Origin: Lama guanicoe | Lineage: Eukaryota | NCBI GenBank assembly: GCA_013239625.1 | Contig: MU057202.1 | Span: forward strand, 3,299,101-3,363,100 | Direction: 5' to 3' | Length of the DNA: 64,000 nucleotides | Shown here: positions 32,921-48,359 of the stretch, piece after piece | Numbering within the stretch: the stretch's first letter is position 1 | Layout: every line of letters begins with the position of its first letter | Translations under genes and position numbers: made by a program | The notes under the pieces: generated by a model | Database searches by the model: none | Seen by the model: the letters and a program-made list of their open reading frames with translations, nothing else | Told to the model about the DNA's origin: nothing

Positions 32921-35900
32921 GGGAGCTTTGAGCTTTCCTAGCCTCCTGCAACTTGCTCCCTCGGCTTCCTGGCGGCCACAAGTTGGACGTTGGCTGTGGC
33001 CTAAGACGCGCGCCACTCTCCAGAGTGACTTCCTTACCCCTTTGGTTAAGAGCCCAGAGGCTGCCGGGTCCTTGCTGGGAGAAGATTTCAGGACTTCCAG
33101 CCCTGCTCCTGCTAAAACTTAAGTTTTCCTGAATACTTTATGTAACAGCTGAGTTTGCCGGGTAGAGTGGCTAATCATCTTAAATGAGCTGTTCAGCTCC
33201 ACCTCTGAAAGAGTAGGTCGGTCTTCAGATCCGTTGGGAAGAATGGGAGAAGAGAGTGTTAGAAGCATAGCAATGGCTCTCATTGTTTCTATTTTGAGGC
33301 TCATCTCTTTCATGTTGCCTGTGGAGCAGTCCTTTCCCAGAGCAGAGGTTGGGATTCTCAGGGTGAGCCTGGAGCCAGGCTGATTCCCACTTCCCTGGCA
33401 GGGAAGTCTCTGCCTGAGGATTTTACAGTCTGAGCACATGTGTGGAGCCCAGCCAGCTCTGGAAACCAGTCAGATGTGTCTCAGAGGCTGGAACTCTTCT
33501 GAGTTTTGGATGGGAAACCATCAAACATTGTAAGAAAGCTCTGTGGAATCAATTCCAGAGAGCAGAAGTTTTCCCCCTTTTTTACAGGTCATCTTAAGGT
33601 GAGTGCTTCCTCCCCAAGGAGTTGTTTGGTGTCAGGCCTGGTCAGTTTGGGGTGCTTTCTGTCACCAACTTTGACTTCCTCTGGATGTTGTAAATCTATG
33701 AAGTTACAAATCCGAATTCTAACCAGATGTACCAGCTCTTGGGCGCTGACGTAGGGACTGCTCTGTCAGAAGTTGTTACCCTGGAAGGTGATGCTTGTAT
33801 TTCATTGGTGCTCCTCTGCCAGAACCTCTTTAGAAGTCCTAGGAGGTTTAGGAGGTAAATATGTAAGCCATCTGAGGAAGCAAGTCTCACCCCATGTTTG
33901 ACCAAGAATCATCTCATCTGGCTTGGGAACTCACCCTACTTAGTAGACCAGGCTCTGAACAGCCTCCTGCAGTTTCTCAAAGTGACCCGCCTCGAGAGGA
34001 GGAAGGTTTGCTGCCACTGAGAGTGCCAGGGCAGTGTTCTGCAGGTTCTAAAGGTCACTTGGAAAGAGAAGTTCCCAAATGTTCTGTACTGTAGCAGTGC
34101 CGTGGGAGTCAGGGTGCCTCCCAGAATGCCTGCTGGGAAATGAGACGGCACGCGCTCTGGGTCTGAGGGTAGGGCGGTCTTCTGAAAGCCAGGCGCTTAT
34201 TTCACATTTCTTCCTGGTGTGCAGCAGGTGGTTTATCAAGTACTGAGGCTTTGTCATCTGTTCAGGAGGCATTTACCGGCCGCTGTCTGCCAAACATAGT
34301 ATGCTTTAGAGACATGATGACGGACATGTGTTAGTTTCTTCTCCAGGCAAGTTCACTATCTTGTGGATCAAAGGACTAAAGAGTTTTAAACTTGGCCAAG
34401 AATGCTGGGTTACAGGGTGATTGTGTGAGAAGAACAAACTGAGTAAAAGTCGTGAGCCTGGGAGCTGGTGAAGACGTGCTCAGAGGACCCCCACATTTTG
34501 TTGTGTGCACTTAACAGACCACATGTTTTTCCTGGCACCTGACAGGGAGCATGTACTCAGATGTGTGTCAGATTGAATTCACCTCAGAGCAGGATGCTGA
34601 TGCCCAGAGAGCCAATTAACTTGCCCAGAGTGAGTCCTGGAACAGAAACCATCTCCTGACCCCCGGTGACACTCCTCTTGTTTGCAGCCAGTGTGACTCA
34701 GGTTGCTTCTGATAAGCAGGTAGATTCTCTGACATGTTTCCTCTGTGAGATATTCACCTATGCGTGGCCTCAGATTGTAAAATCCCAGGAGGTCCCATAG
34801 AGAAAAGAGATGTGACTCCTTTCCTCAGGAAATTGTCAAGGCCTCCTGTAGGTGCCTGTGTGTTCTGGTGTGCCCGGGACAGCCCATTTTCATGCCTGTT
34901 GTGGTTGGTAACAGTGGCCCCTTTCAGTCGCAAACCCGTCCCCGAGTTTAGACAATAAGTTATGGATGTGGTAGTTCTGCTACTAAGTGCCAGCCGTTTG
35001 CTGAGCTCGCGGAACGCAAGTGAGTCTGAGCCCTTCCACACAGGTACTTCGTGAGGGGCAGGGGGGCGTCTCTACAGACTTTTGCAAACAGATAGTCATG
35101 TACAGTGTGGTGAGTATGGGTATGTAATAGAGTAACGTACAACATGCTAAGGGTAAGAGTTCTTTATCTGGGGGTGACGGTGGACCTCAAGTTTTAAACT
35201 CTCTGAAGTGGAAGATAAATGGTGTACCTCCAGGTTTTTCTTGGGAGAGGAACCATCCCAGTCATCAGATTCTCAAAGCCACCAATGCTCCCTGAAAGGC
35301 TGAGCACCTTTGACAGCGCCAGTCCCCCGCCCCCTTGACGGGAGCAGGTATACTCGGGACTGTGCGCTCCTCCATCTTCTTTTCTGGTCAATGCTGAAAC
35401 CTGCCCTTGAGAGCAGGGAAGTTTTCTTGTGCTTGGACTGCTGACATGGTTTCCATCATTCAAACTGGGGGCACAAACAGGCTCTCAGGGTACTTCTTTT
35501 CCATGCACAGTACAGCGGCCTTGGATTTTCATTTGAGTCAGCGTTTCCTGTGGTGTCAGTATAGAGGTGTGCACCTTTGGGGGCTTTCTTTTGTTTGATT
35601 CATCTTTAGTTTAAGTGCCTAAGGTTCAAACTTCAGACAGGTTTAAAATAAAAAAGTTAGTGACTGGCATCCCAAGTTCAATTCCCATGTGGTCATCACT
35701 CCTTTTTACCAATAGTCTACATAGTTCATACACTTTTCCATCTCTGAAAGTGTGTGGTTTTGGTTCTGGAAAGGCTGTGGTAGGAAGCTGGATGGCTCAG
35801 CACAGACCTTCAGAAGGGAGGAGAGGACAGCAGGCAGACTCTCCTGATTCAGTAGAAGCCCCCAGTTTATGTGAGGACTGTGGTCCAGAAAAGAATTTGC

Positions 35901-38084
35901 AAAGTCAGTTTGGAATTCAGGTCCCATTTTATAGAAACAGTGGCGGTCAGTTGGGGTTGGGTCCTAGCAGGTAGCAGGAGCCCGTTCACGCGTAGATCCA
36001 GCTCTGGGTCTGGGCACACGCTCTGGCAGCAGCTCTGAGATGCAGTCCCGGGACCGCGCCCAGTGGCCATGTGGCCTAGGTTTCCTTCTCTCTTGGGGGG
36101 AACGTCACTTATTTGGAAGGTTGTTGTGACGGAGTGGGTCAGGTGTCTGGCAGAGGACAAGTCTCTCAGCAGATGTGGGGCCTGTTGACTTCATTGCAGA
36201 GGTTGTTTTAGTGACATAGTCTTGCACGTTTAGGTTCTGGGGTTTGTTGGGTGAATTGCTCCCAGGCACCGCAGGAGAGTTGAACTCAGTCTGATGAGGG
36301 GAAAGGGTGTGGGTTTCACAAGTTGAGGGTTACCGATACTTGTGTGCATGTTAATCCCATGTGAACTGTGTGGAGCACGTGCTGAGCGTGTTACAGGGCT
36401 CATCTCATCGAATGGGCGCGAGGACGTAACACGGCTGCTGCTGTCCGCATACTTCAAATGAAGAAGCTGGGGTCTGGCTAGTTTGCGTCATTCGTCCAAG
36501 ACCCAAAGGCTGGGAGGCAGGAGAGCTGGGACTCTGGTTCTCGCTCGGGAGCCCCACGCTGCACTGCCCCTCTGTCCCACAAAGACGCGGCAGCTGCCAG
36601 ATGGACTGCCTGCTTTGCTGGCCCACAGCTGTGAGCTCACGTATTTGAAGTTAGGCGATCTTTTTCTTCCACTTCTTACCCTAGAATTTAAATTCCAGTT
36701 TGCCAGGAGAGAAAGCGCCTTTTGGTTGGACCTAATCATAACGGTGAAACCCAAGTGCAAACCTGTTGGCACCTGGGCCCCAGGAAGGGGCTGTTATCAA
36801 GTTACCGGGATCGAGCCTCTGTGCTGTGAGCAGGTGGTGTGCTACGAGTTTTGAGTGTCAGTTGTGTGGGTTTTAAACTAGTTTAAGGGGACACTTAATT
36901 TTTTTTTACCAGTTGATTGACTGAAGAGGTAACTTGGTTTCTGGGGTTTCCTTTAGACTGCACACTGAGGATTAAACCTGCCAGGTCCCCAGCAGTGGTG
37001 TGATGGGGCTCGGTGCATTTTGGCGTGACCGCCGGGCCACAGGGTCTCAGTTGCCAGCCTAAGCAACCGGGCAGCAGAAGCCCCTGCCCTTCTGTGAGAG
37101 TTCCTGCGTCTGGCGTGACACAGCCCAGGACCCATCTGCACCGGTGCTGCGGTGCCCCGTGGCCGTCCGTGAGAGTTGAGGCTGTGAACCCTCATTAGCC
37201 GGCCCTGTCTCGGTAGTACTCTCCCCTTGCTCATTGCCCTGGGCTGCGGGAGTGACATGTGTGGTGACAAGGAGGCCAGGAAGCTATGGGGCAGCAAAAT
37301 ACACCTCTTTGGGGCCAAGTTTGTAATGATTCTTTCCAGTAGTCCTACCTCTGCATAGGGTAATGAGAAAACTGAAAAGCGAATCCTTTTCAAAACTGTC
37401 TGCTTTTAAGTGACTTTGAATGGCTTGTAAATGTCTACTACTGCTAACCATTTGGTTTACTTATAAATGATGGATTTTAAGTGATTTGTCCTAGTGTGTG
37501 CTGAATTTAAATAATTTCCATTAACAGCAAAAAAAAATGTAACTGTGGATTCAAATACCAACTCTTGGTATGTTCATCTTTAAACACAGGTTCTTTTGAA
37601 AGTATAAGTTTAAAAGATATATTTTTAATCTTTATTTATATAAATGTATACAATAACTTTATATTATTTATATAGTACACAAACGTGTGTGTTTCCACAT
37701 CTCACTGAGGTACCGAGTAGCATGAGTGTGGTACTCATTATTTTAAATCAAAAATTTTGAAGAATCAGGTGAACACTGAATCCTTTACTGTTGTTGTTGC
37801 TTCACACTGGTTAGACAGTTACTTGCTACACCTCGCAATGGTGGATGGTAAAAGTTTACTTATGGGCAATTTGATTTCAGGCGCACACGCTCCTACCCCA
37901 CTTCTGCAGCCTGCATTTAAAACTAATGGAACAGCATCCTGTCTTTGCACACTGAGGTGGGAAGAGCAGGAAACAGTTACTTTGTAATTAAGTCTAGATA
38001 GTGAAACTAGAAATGAAACCTAAAATGACAAATTTTTTGTTTGTTTGCTTTTTAAAAAGAAACTACTTAAATATGTAAAGTTTT

Positions 38085-38290
38085 CTGCCAGAGTCCTTTC
38101 CCACGGCGTGCCTGTCCTGGAACGGTGATTCTCAACTATCCTACCAGAATCACGGTGCACTGAGGCCTCTGGGCATCCCTTGGCAGCCTCAGTACACAGG
38201 TGTGTGGGAGGCCCAGTGTCTGCATTTCTAAAGATCATCCCAAGTGGTTCTGACGTGGCCATCAGGGCCATACTTGGAGAAGCGTGTTCA
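38085..38290. mobile_element. MER5A-like DNA transposon fragment
   Basis: gattctcaac..ccagaatcac..ggaggcccag..tctgcatttcta..cccaagtggttctga..cttggagaa. Confidence 0.55.
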
Positions 38291-38742
38291 GGAACGGGAG
38301 ACAGCCCGCATCCCGGGAACTCCTGAAGATGGGCCCGGTTTCTCCTTCAGACTCTTCAGAACAATGGCCAGGCTCGTGCCTTCAGTGTGACCAGCTCATG
38401 CATAATGCAAGTTTTCCTGAATTGCAGAAGTAATTAATTCATTCTAGGGATCCAGAAAGCTGGCCCTTGCAGTTCACATCTTATTTCTCACTTTCTGTTA
38501 GCCGTCGGGCTGCTCTGTGAAAGCGGGCAGGCGGGCCTCTTCCCGGCTGGTCCCGCCTCGTGGAGGCCTTGTGTGCGGTGACCAGCAGCGGTGGTCTATG
38601 CAGTGCGATCTGGAGGAGCTGTGCAGGGCCCAGCAGACTGTGTGTCAGGAGTGAGTGTGGGGCCAGGGAAACCAGAGCGAGATTTCCCTTCCATTCTGCT
38701 AAATGCTGTGACTCTGTGTCTCTGTCTTTTGCAGAAGTGTGA

Positions 38743-39441
<699 letters not shown>

Positions 39442-42400
39442 TAGGCTGGATTGAGAAACTGCCAGTCGGTAGCTGGCGGGAGTTCCACAGGCCCTCCTCG
39501 CTCATCCGTCTGGTCGTATTAAAATTCTGGAGTTTTTTAACAGGCAGTAGTTTTCACCCTTTGTCTTCACTGTCTCAGAGTAGTACTTGAGTTAGCAGTC
39601 AACTAGAACCTCTGTGGGTTTCAGTTCTTGTTATTTTCTTGAGGCTGAAAAACTCCTTCCTTCCAGTTTCGTCTGTTCTTTTATTCATTTTTTTCTTTGC
39701 CCCATGGCCTCTTGTCTGATGCGGGCCCCAGCTTCTATGGAAGTATCCCTAAAAAGGCCCTCACTGGATAAAATGGGGTTGCGCATCAGAACACCTTGGG
39801 TTTTGACCAAGCTGTCACATCCTTAGAACTTACTTACATTCACCTGGCCTTCAGGGTAAGGAGAAGGTAACTGGTAATGATCATCTTAGATGTGGGTTGT
39901 TTGGGTTTTTATGACAGATGATCCTGTTGAAAGAACTTTAATCACCATCGTTTAAGAGGTTGAGTTTGAGGGGCGGAGCCTGAAGCCCTACTGAGTAAAG
40001 CTTGTACTCAAAGGAGGGGAGAGGGAGGCAGAGCAGAGGGAAAGGATCTGGAGTGTTAAGCATCCTGGGGGGCGATCCTGGTTGAGAGTCATTGTGGAGA
40101 GAGGTGGGCCTGAGGAGTACCCCTCAGGAGGGCCCTGTGTTAAGGAGGGAGAGGTTGCTGTCCAGGCGCGCAGCTGCAGCTTCACGGGCAGCTCTGTCCT
40201 GGAAGGTGAGGCAGTGCCGCACAGCCACGCGTGTGCCTGGTCTTAAAAGACGTGCTTGTCGGTTCACAGGGACAGAATTTGTGGGGCATGCGTGTGTAGT
40301 TAAAGCTTAGGGGTTTAGATACTCTCATAACTTAAGTTTAGGAGGTGGTCTCACGTATTAATAGCCTTTGCTTAATATTATCTTATTGAAAGTGGTATTG
40401 TCGAGACCTGATCATGCAACTGTCCTCAGGTTTTGCCAGCTCCAGCTCCTTTCCAAGCTCCCTTTAGAAAGTTAACCCTGGCAGCAGGGTTGCCAGAGGG
40501 AAAGAGATGCCGAGAGACTCCAGTGAATCAGTTTGGGTGGAATTTGGGAGTGGAAGGTGAAGTCACTGGTTGAGGTCACCTGTGAGTTTGATTTTTCAGT
40601 TTACGGAGAGAAAAGCCACTAGGAAGGTGAGGGGTCCCGGCAGCGGGGGGCGCCGTGGCCGGCGGTTCTGGGCGCCGTGTGTCCCGTTAGGAAGGCCCAG
40701 CTGCAGATGCTGCTTGCTTCCGCTGCTGAACGCATGGTAGCAGACTTCGCCTCCTCTGCTGCCAGTGTTCAGTCGCAGGGACCTGAGCCTCGCTGCGCCG
40801 TGGCGTTCCTGCCGCGTCCAGCTTTGTTGGTCTCCCCCGGGGCAGCATTGGAGCCCCCTTGCCCACCGACCCCGCCTGGTTGGCCAGTCGAACGGACTTG
40901 TGCCTGCCTGGCACCTCCAGTGAGGCCCCCACAGCCCAACTGGAACAGCTCCACTCAGCTCTGCGGGCCCCGCGGTGTGCCAGGCTCACTGTGACGCACT
41001 GGGGGTGTAACTGTCCCCCATCCTTGGGGACCGGTGGGCCTGCACGGGGCTGGGCACTGTGAATGGAGACTTTGGCCTTCACAGGAGCGCACCTGCCTTC
41101 CAGGAGCTCCTCTGGGTTATTTTTGCTCTTGCCCGTGCCTGTGACTGCGGGCTCCTCCACACCCTGTAATTACTGGCCTCAGTGTCACCTCCTTTCTGTA
41201 GGCCTCCTGCCTACCGCCCCTGGCTCTCCTGTTAGATCTGCCTGGGCACCGTTGTGGTGCTTCCACACACAGTCTGAAGTAACCAGGCCATTAGTGCGTG
41301 TGTCTCTGCTGCTTCCCCGCACCTGCTCCTCCAAGAACACGAGTTCCCGAGTCCGGCCCCTGTGTGGCTGGCTCCCTCCATCCCTAGCACCTGGCACCTT
41401 GGAGGCAGTGCTCTGGGGCATGCCAAGTTGAGTGCCATCGAGATGAGGCATGGTGGTGGGCGGGACGTCTGCACTGGAGAGCCTTCCGAACAGAGGGCAG
41501 TCTGGCACTGCGCGTGGGTGACCAGCACCAGCCTGAGCCTGCGTTGGCAGAGCCCGGCGTAGACACGCGTCAGCTGGCGTCTGAATCACTGCTGCTGGGC
41601 CGTCTTCCTGCTCTCTCTGTCCCGGTTCTGGCCCTTCCTTCCCTGTCAGGATCCCGTGTATCCACAAGCATACACTTGTATCTTTCTTTCCCAAGATGGA
41701 GAGGGAACTAGAGGTGTGTGCTTGGGTCCATGAACAGCCTGCTTCCTTCCAGCAGGCTTTGGTCTAGTCCCCTTTAGTTCAAGTCCCTGCCAGGTAGCTT
41801 CTGGTCCTAGTGGGAAGTACCCATCCCAGAGGGCTTTTTCCCTGTCACCTTCCAGGTATCAGAGGTGAACTACCTGGATGTTTTTGTGAGGAGGAAATGT
41901 GTAGTTTAGTGTATACCTCGAAGATGTACATTCACGGAAGCCTCTGAGCTTCTCCGTGCCCAGCAGCCCCTCCTGCCTGTCTGCCCATTTCCTGCCCATA
42001 GCATCAGGCCCAGAATTGCTGGGAACAGCAAGCTGAGTGGAAGAGTCTAAAAGGCCCTGTGATTTATTCTCCTCTTAACTCAGAAGCACTTTTCCTTGTA
42101 GGTTAGGGTTAGATTGGGGGTCACTGGGACAGGTGAACTGGTTTGGGAGGGAGTCACCCCCACCCTCCTCAACTCTTCTAGTCTGCTGAGAGTTTCCGTG
42201 ATAATGACATCAATTTGTACAATAAACCCTTGAAATTTTTTTGTCTAAACCACAGTTTATAACTCAGGCCTTGAGTTACCTTTATATGTTTTTTGTGTGC
42301 TGCCCTCAGAAGCAGATGCCTTTCTGGAAATGCTACTTCCTTGTGCGGTGGGGATGGGATTTTGCAAATAGGGTGGTGGGCCAGCTGTTAGCAGCACTGG

Positions 42401-45139
42401 CTTATTTGTGGAGGGGGCGTCGAGGGGACCTGAGGACCCTGACGCCTGAACCACGGTGAGCCCTGTCTAATCAGTAGTCGTGCCCATGCAGGATGCCACA
42501 CTTAGGAGGACTAGAAACGTGTGGTTTTGTTTCTGCTCCCTGCGTGTCTCTCAGAAGAGCGCCGGAGCCACCACCGTGGCCTTGCGCTGCGCGCGGTCTT
42601 CCTCTCTTAGACCAGCGCCTCCGGTTCGTCTCGCCAGAACTACTGCTTCCTTCGGAGGCTGCTGAGTAGATCGAATGTTCTTCAAGGGTCTTTGATTTGC
42701 CTTTACAGACGCCAGCCCCACTGTCTGGTCTCCCCATCCTCTCCTTTGCTCAATTCCTTGGTTTCTGTTTTTATATCTTACTTGTCATCTGGTGAACAGA
42801 ACTTCAGCCCCCGAGAGTATGCCATCCCCCAGGAGAGGGTGGAGTACGTTTTGTTCCCTTCCTTTCATCGGTGACTCTCACACTGTATGCTGGCCTCTCA
42901 GAGATGGCAGGACAGTGGCCTGGTCAGAAGTGATAGCTCTGGGTCCACCCACATAAAAGTGCTTTGAAGCATTTTCCTTGCAGTGGTACTTTGTGTTTTG
43001 TCCTGTTCAGAAGCACCTGCTCTTTCTGTGTCTGGATACATAGTATCTTCTGCCAAAGGGCTTCCCGCACCACTCAGGCTTCCTGGGGACACGTCACTGC
43101 ACTCACTCCGCTGGATGCCACTCAGATGCTTCCCAGCATCTGTCCCCTTGAGGAAGCCAAGGAAGCCACTGCCTGCGCCTCCATCAAGGAAGGAGGCCGT
43201 GCAGCGCAGCCCCTGAGGGACTAAGTGGTGCCAAGCTGTTGGCTTCGTCCCCCGCAGGACGGGGACAGCTGCTCCAGACCCCTTTCTAAAGCCGGAACAC
43301 GTCTGAATTACCAAACCACGTCTGGCTCCAGGGGTTTTGAGTGAGGGATTACAGCCTGTATTATTACCCCATTTTGCAGGTGCAGAATCTGGGGTTCAAG
43401 GGGATTCTGGTGGGACCTGGTGGTTGTGCCAGGGTGAGCTCTCTCTGCTCCTGTGTACACGGGGCCCTGCGCCCAAGCTCCACGTGTGGTGGGCTTCAGC
43501 CTGGCACAACCCATTGGGTAGACCAAGGCTTGGGGTCGGGGCATCTGCAGTCACACAGGCAGGATTCAAACTCAGGCCTCCCCACTGCGTGTCTGCTATA
43601 AATAAGGACCTTCAAGGTGAACATGCTGGTTCGTGCCCACCCCAGCGGCACGCTGCCAGTGGGCTGGAGTTCCTCCCAGGCTTGCACACTGTGGCAGGCC
43701 TGGCGCTCTCCCCCCAGGCTAGTCGTCAGTGTCCTTGTCGCCTGGCCTTCTGTAGACCCACAGGCCTACTTCTGACTGGACCGCTAGGGCCCCTGCTCTC
43801 GATCACATCGTCAAGGGTCGCCAGGTCAGAATTCCTACCCATTAATCACACATCTGACCTGATGGAACAGCTAAGTGCTGGCAGTCTGGCTTCAGAGATC
43901 CCTTTCTTGAGTTATGTTTGCAAGAAACTCTCTAAGATTCCGGTACTCCTTTTATTTGTCATCACCTGAAACGCCATCGTGCTAAACACACAGTTAGTTG
44001 GCAGGTGAGGACCTTCTACTGCTGGGTGATTTATTGCTTGTTTTGTCTGTTAGGCCTTGGAGTATCCCAGGGCACCCTCGGCAGCCCCGGTGACCGCTCC
44101 CCAGCTCTCTGCTCTTGTGAACATGGAGAGTAACATCCCTGCAGAAACAGCTCTTCACCCCAATCTGGTGCCCTGCCTGTGCATCCTGACTGCTGACACA
44201 CAGTCACTCTGTTCCTCATCCCAGGCTAGAATGTGGCCAGGCTGGACTTGAGAAGGTCACGGCAATGTGGAGAGCTCAGAAGTGTGGACCCCTGTCAGGG
44301 AGTGTCCCCAGGCCAGCTGGGACAGAGCGATAGTTCAGACGAGGCGGTGCTGAGGAAGATGGGGGAGTGGGGTCCGCCCTGCTTGAGATCCCTTTCATCG
44401 ACTGTACTAGGGTACCTTGGACAGGATGAGAAGGGGCAGTGAGGGGCCCCATCCTGGACATACTGACAGATTTCAGTCAGGTGGCTGGATGCTTGTCTGC
44501 TAGGGGCGATCCCAGGGGTGCAGGGTCTCAACTCTGGGGTGCAGATGGCCCTGGGGCAGTGGGGGCTAGGGGTGGGTTGTGCAGAGCATTTGTCTAAGCT
44601 CTCTGCTGCTCTTTGGAATCCCTGGGGAGAGACCCACTCAAGCTTTGGTCTTTAAAGTCTCCTGCGTCACTCTAGAGCCAGGGTTAGGAACTCTGGACCA
44701 AGAACAAGAAGAGAAGGGCCCAGGTCTGAGCTAATGGTGGGCCCACTCACTGGCCTGAGCCACCTAACTTTCCTCCTCCCTGCCCCTAGACTTTTAAATT
44801 AGAGGGAGGCATCTAATTTAAAGGACATACAATATTTTGTTTTACTGTACAAAATATTGAAAACCTGAAGGGTAACCATGTCCTGCTCAGAACTGCTAAC
44901 AGAACTTGTAGGAGTATCCTTTGGTGTGGTGCCTCAGTCTTGGAGGTGAGCTCTGAGACATCCCCGTTGTGTGGATGAGGTTTGGGAAATGCACGTGAAC
45001 TGGTGAGTGGCCAGGACCCGGACCTCGGGAACGCACCCTTTCTGGTTTGGTGAAAGCACGCTGGTTGGTAGATGCCCCTCCCGCCTCTTCCCTTTGTTAA
45101 GACAAGTCTCTCTTCAAGTCACATTGTCCTCTGTTTCAG

Positions 45140-45224
45140 GATGATGACCTGGAAGAGGGTGAAGTGAAGGACCCCAGTGACAGGAAGGTGAGGCCTCGTC
45201 CCACCTGCCGATTCTTCATGAAAG
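45140..45224 (+). CDS. ZC3H18: ZC3H18 coding exon (first part of CCCH finger)
   Basis: DDDLEEGEVKDPSDRKVRPRPTCRFFMK; ctgtttcag| ... G|gtaatt. Confidence 0.95.
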
Positions 45225-46899
45225 GTAATTGTCTGGGTGAGAGCCTTGGCATGGCCCGTCCACGTGGCCTGGCTTCTCCCAGGACGGGTGCTGGTTCAGT
45301 CTGGTCGGGCGCCCTGGGGCCTGCTCAGGGCTGTCCTCGGGGCCTATGGTGGTGGCGGCGGCAGCAGCGGCACGTTGATGTCAGACAGTGGACCCTTTCA
45401 TAGGCTGCTTTCAGGACTCCGGAGCCGGGCCAGCCCACCTATCTCTTGCTAAGGCTCCTGGCCCTGCTGCTCAGCGCAGACCTCCTCTTTACTGTAGGCA
45501 ATGTCAGCTCTTTCTAAACGGTCCTTTTTAGAAGGCCACATGCCCCAAGCTGCCAGTTTTGACATTTTCCCACCTCTGTGAGGACAATTCCCTCTTTCCT
45601 GCAAGATGTCTCAGAAGCATATCTTTCATCTGGCGTGGATCTCGAAATAGCTGAGGCATGGCCTTTGAAAGCCAGCCATCCGTCCTGAAAAGTGGACAGA
45701 GTGAGTCAAGTAGTTGTGACAGGTGGCACTGTGACAAGGGCTGGTGAGCAGTGGGCATTAAAGTCCTGGAGACTTGGCGTGGAGACGGCAGCCTGTGTGT
45801 CAGGGCCGCTCTGGGCGCAGCGCTGGTGGGCACGTCGCCGTAGCTCCTCCTCACACGCTGGCAGAAGGCGTTTGCTCTTGCCCGTGGTTCGCCCTGACCC
45901 TAGACGACCTACCCGCTGAGCCGGCTCCCCATGCGGCCTAACGTTCACCACAGCTTCCTGTACTTCTTTTCCAGACGTTGTGACACCATTGTCCACTGCT
46001 CCACCAATACCAAATTCCATACCATTCAGAGGCCAGGTTAAAGGTACAAAATATACGATGTTCCCTCTCTTTAGTACCTCAAAGCCCCTCTGCTCCAGAG
46101 GCCAGACTTCTTTCTTCTGGATCCAGAGTCCTGCTGTGAAGCCGGAAGGAAGGGGGAGGCTTTGAGGGACAGAGAGTGGTCATGCCAAGGCTCACCGGAG
46201 CGCGGCTGCCTGCCCGGGGAGGGCGGGGACGTTGGGCGCTGGAGCCCCATCCTGTGGGTGGCCCTGGAATGAGCCTGTCCTGAGTGCCAAGATGGCCTGG
46301 TGGTGAGGATGCCTGGGAGCTGGGGGCCCTGGGCAGCTCATCCTTGGGGCATGTCCTCTTGGCTGTGCTATTTCCATGCTGCTGCTTTCTGCCACTGGGG
46401 ACAGTCTGTCTCGTCTGAGTCAGATGTCCACATGGTGGTTTCCCTATGTAGCCAGTGCCCTGTGCACGCGGGAAGGCCGCAGAGCCAGCCTGAGGACACG
46501 ACGAGCGCACAGTACGTTCTAGAAAGAAAACTACTGCGGTTCCCTCCAGCAGCAAGAGAGTCACTTTAGGAATACAACGAAGTCTGTTGTGTTTGGTGAG
46601 GATGCGGAGAAGGCAGCCGCGCGCCTGCTGCTGGGAGCCAGCAGTGGTGCGGCTGCCTGGGGCCCGTCCCCTCAGCGTGCCGTGTGCAGCGGCCGCGGAC
46701 CCAGCGGCCCCTGCCTGGTGGTCGGGAGAGGAGCGGAAGCCTAGGCCTCCCGGAGGCTGGGGCGCGAGTGTCCGCAGCAGCTGCGGAGTGGGCGCTATCC
46801 GGGCATCCCTTCGCTCGTGAGGGGAGAGACAGAGCACGATCCATGTGTGCGGTGGGAGGCCTGACCCCATGACGTGGAGGAGCCCTGGGGGGCTGTGCC

Positions 46900-47175
46900 C
46901 GTTGAAGGAAGCCCATCTCAAAGGCCCCTGTTGCACGTCCACGTCCGTGAGCGTCCAGGGCCGGCAGGGCCATGAGACAGAGCAGGTCGTCACTGTCTGC
47001 GCTGGAAGGGAAGGGGTAGCCGTTGAGTACGAGGTTTCCTTTTTGGGTGATGGAATGTTCTGGAATTAGAGGTGATGATTGCACAACTTTGTGAAAGTAC
47101 TGAAACCCACTAATTGTGCACTTAAGTGGGGGTCTTTTAGGATAGATGAATTATATCTTAATTTGAAAATTTTGT
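46900..47175 (+). mobile_element. L1MB-like 3' end fragment, sense
   Basis: gaggtttcctttttgggtgatggaatgttctggaattaga..gtgatgattgcacaactttgtga..tactgaaacccact..tgaattatatct. Confidence 0.75.
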
Positions 47176-47529
47176 TTTTAAAAAGTGTTTTAGCTATATT
47201 TCTATTACGTGTTATGATCTGCAGATTAACTGTTGCTTTGCCCGAATGGACACAGTGCTGTTCGTGGCCATTGACTACAAAGTACACTGGGGAGTACAAA
47301 GTGGAACATTTTAAAGCACCAGTGCTTTGTTTAGGACGTATTTTCACCTCTCATGTGTTCAGGTTGAGTCATCAAGACGTGAAGTTCTATCCAAAGAGGC
47401 ACAAACAGCACTTTCTTAAAGGGGGTGCTACTTGGAGTCTCCGATCTTCCGGCTGTCGGCAGCGCACTGCCCGTTCTGTGGGCCGGCCTCCTGCGTCTGC
47501 TCCTTCCTAGTCTCCCTTTCCCTTTCCCC

Positions 47530-48350
47530 TAATTTTAAAATTGTGGTAAAATACACAATATAAAACTTACCATCCTGCCCATTTTAAAATGTCCGGTTCA
47601 TTGGCGTTGAGCACCTTCATATTGTGGCTCCTGTCACCGCCCACCTGCACAACTCTCCATCCTGGAAAACTGCAGCTGTCTCCATTAGACGTGGACTCAG
47701 CACCCGCCCCCACCATCCTTGGCACCTGCCCTTCTGTTTTCTGTCTTTGTGTCTGACTTCTCTAGGTGCCTGCTGTAAGTGCAGTCTTGCAGGGTTTGTC
47801 CATTTGTGATCGGCTTCTTTCAGTCAGCATGGTGTCCTCAAGTTTCATCCTGCTGTAGCAGGTGTCAGGATTTCGTTTTTAGACCGATAGTACTCCCCGT
47901 ATGATGGGCCGCTTTCTGCTTACCCGTCACCCGCCGATGGACACAGGGCTTGCTCCTGCCTGTCAGCTGTCAGGAGTGATGCTCCTGCGAATGTGGGTGC
48001 ACACGTGTCTGTTCAAGACTCTGCTTTCAAGTCTGCTGAGTACACACCCAAAAGTGGGGTTGCTGGGTCATGTGGTAGTTGTATTTTTAATGTTTTGAGG
48101 AACCCCCCACTGTTGTCCATGGTGGTGCACCATTTGCACCCCACCACCACACCCAGGCTTCAGGTTCTCCTCCTTGTCAACTCCTGGCGTTTTCTGGTTT
48201 TGTCATGGGAAGTGTCGTACTGGGTGTGAGGTGGTGTCGTTTCCCTGTGGTTAGTGGTGCTGAGCATCTTTCCATGTGCTTTTTGGCCATTTGTGTATCT
48301 TCTTGGGAGGGATGGTTTATTGCACATTTTTTAACCCCTGCATTCTCTTT
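47530..48350 (-). mobile_element. L1MB-like 3' end fragment, antisense
   Basis: ttttaaaattgtggtaaaatacacaatataaaacttaccatc..; ggcttctttcagtcagcatggtgtcctcaagtttcatc; gctgagcatctttccatgtgctttttggccatttgtgtatcttc. Confidence 0.8.
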
Positions 48351-48359
48351 TGTGCTCAG

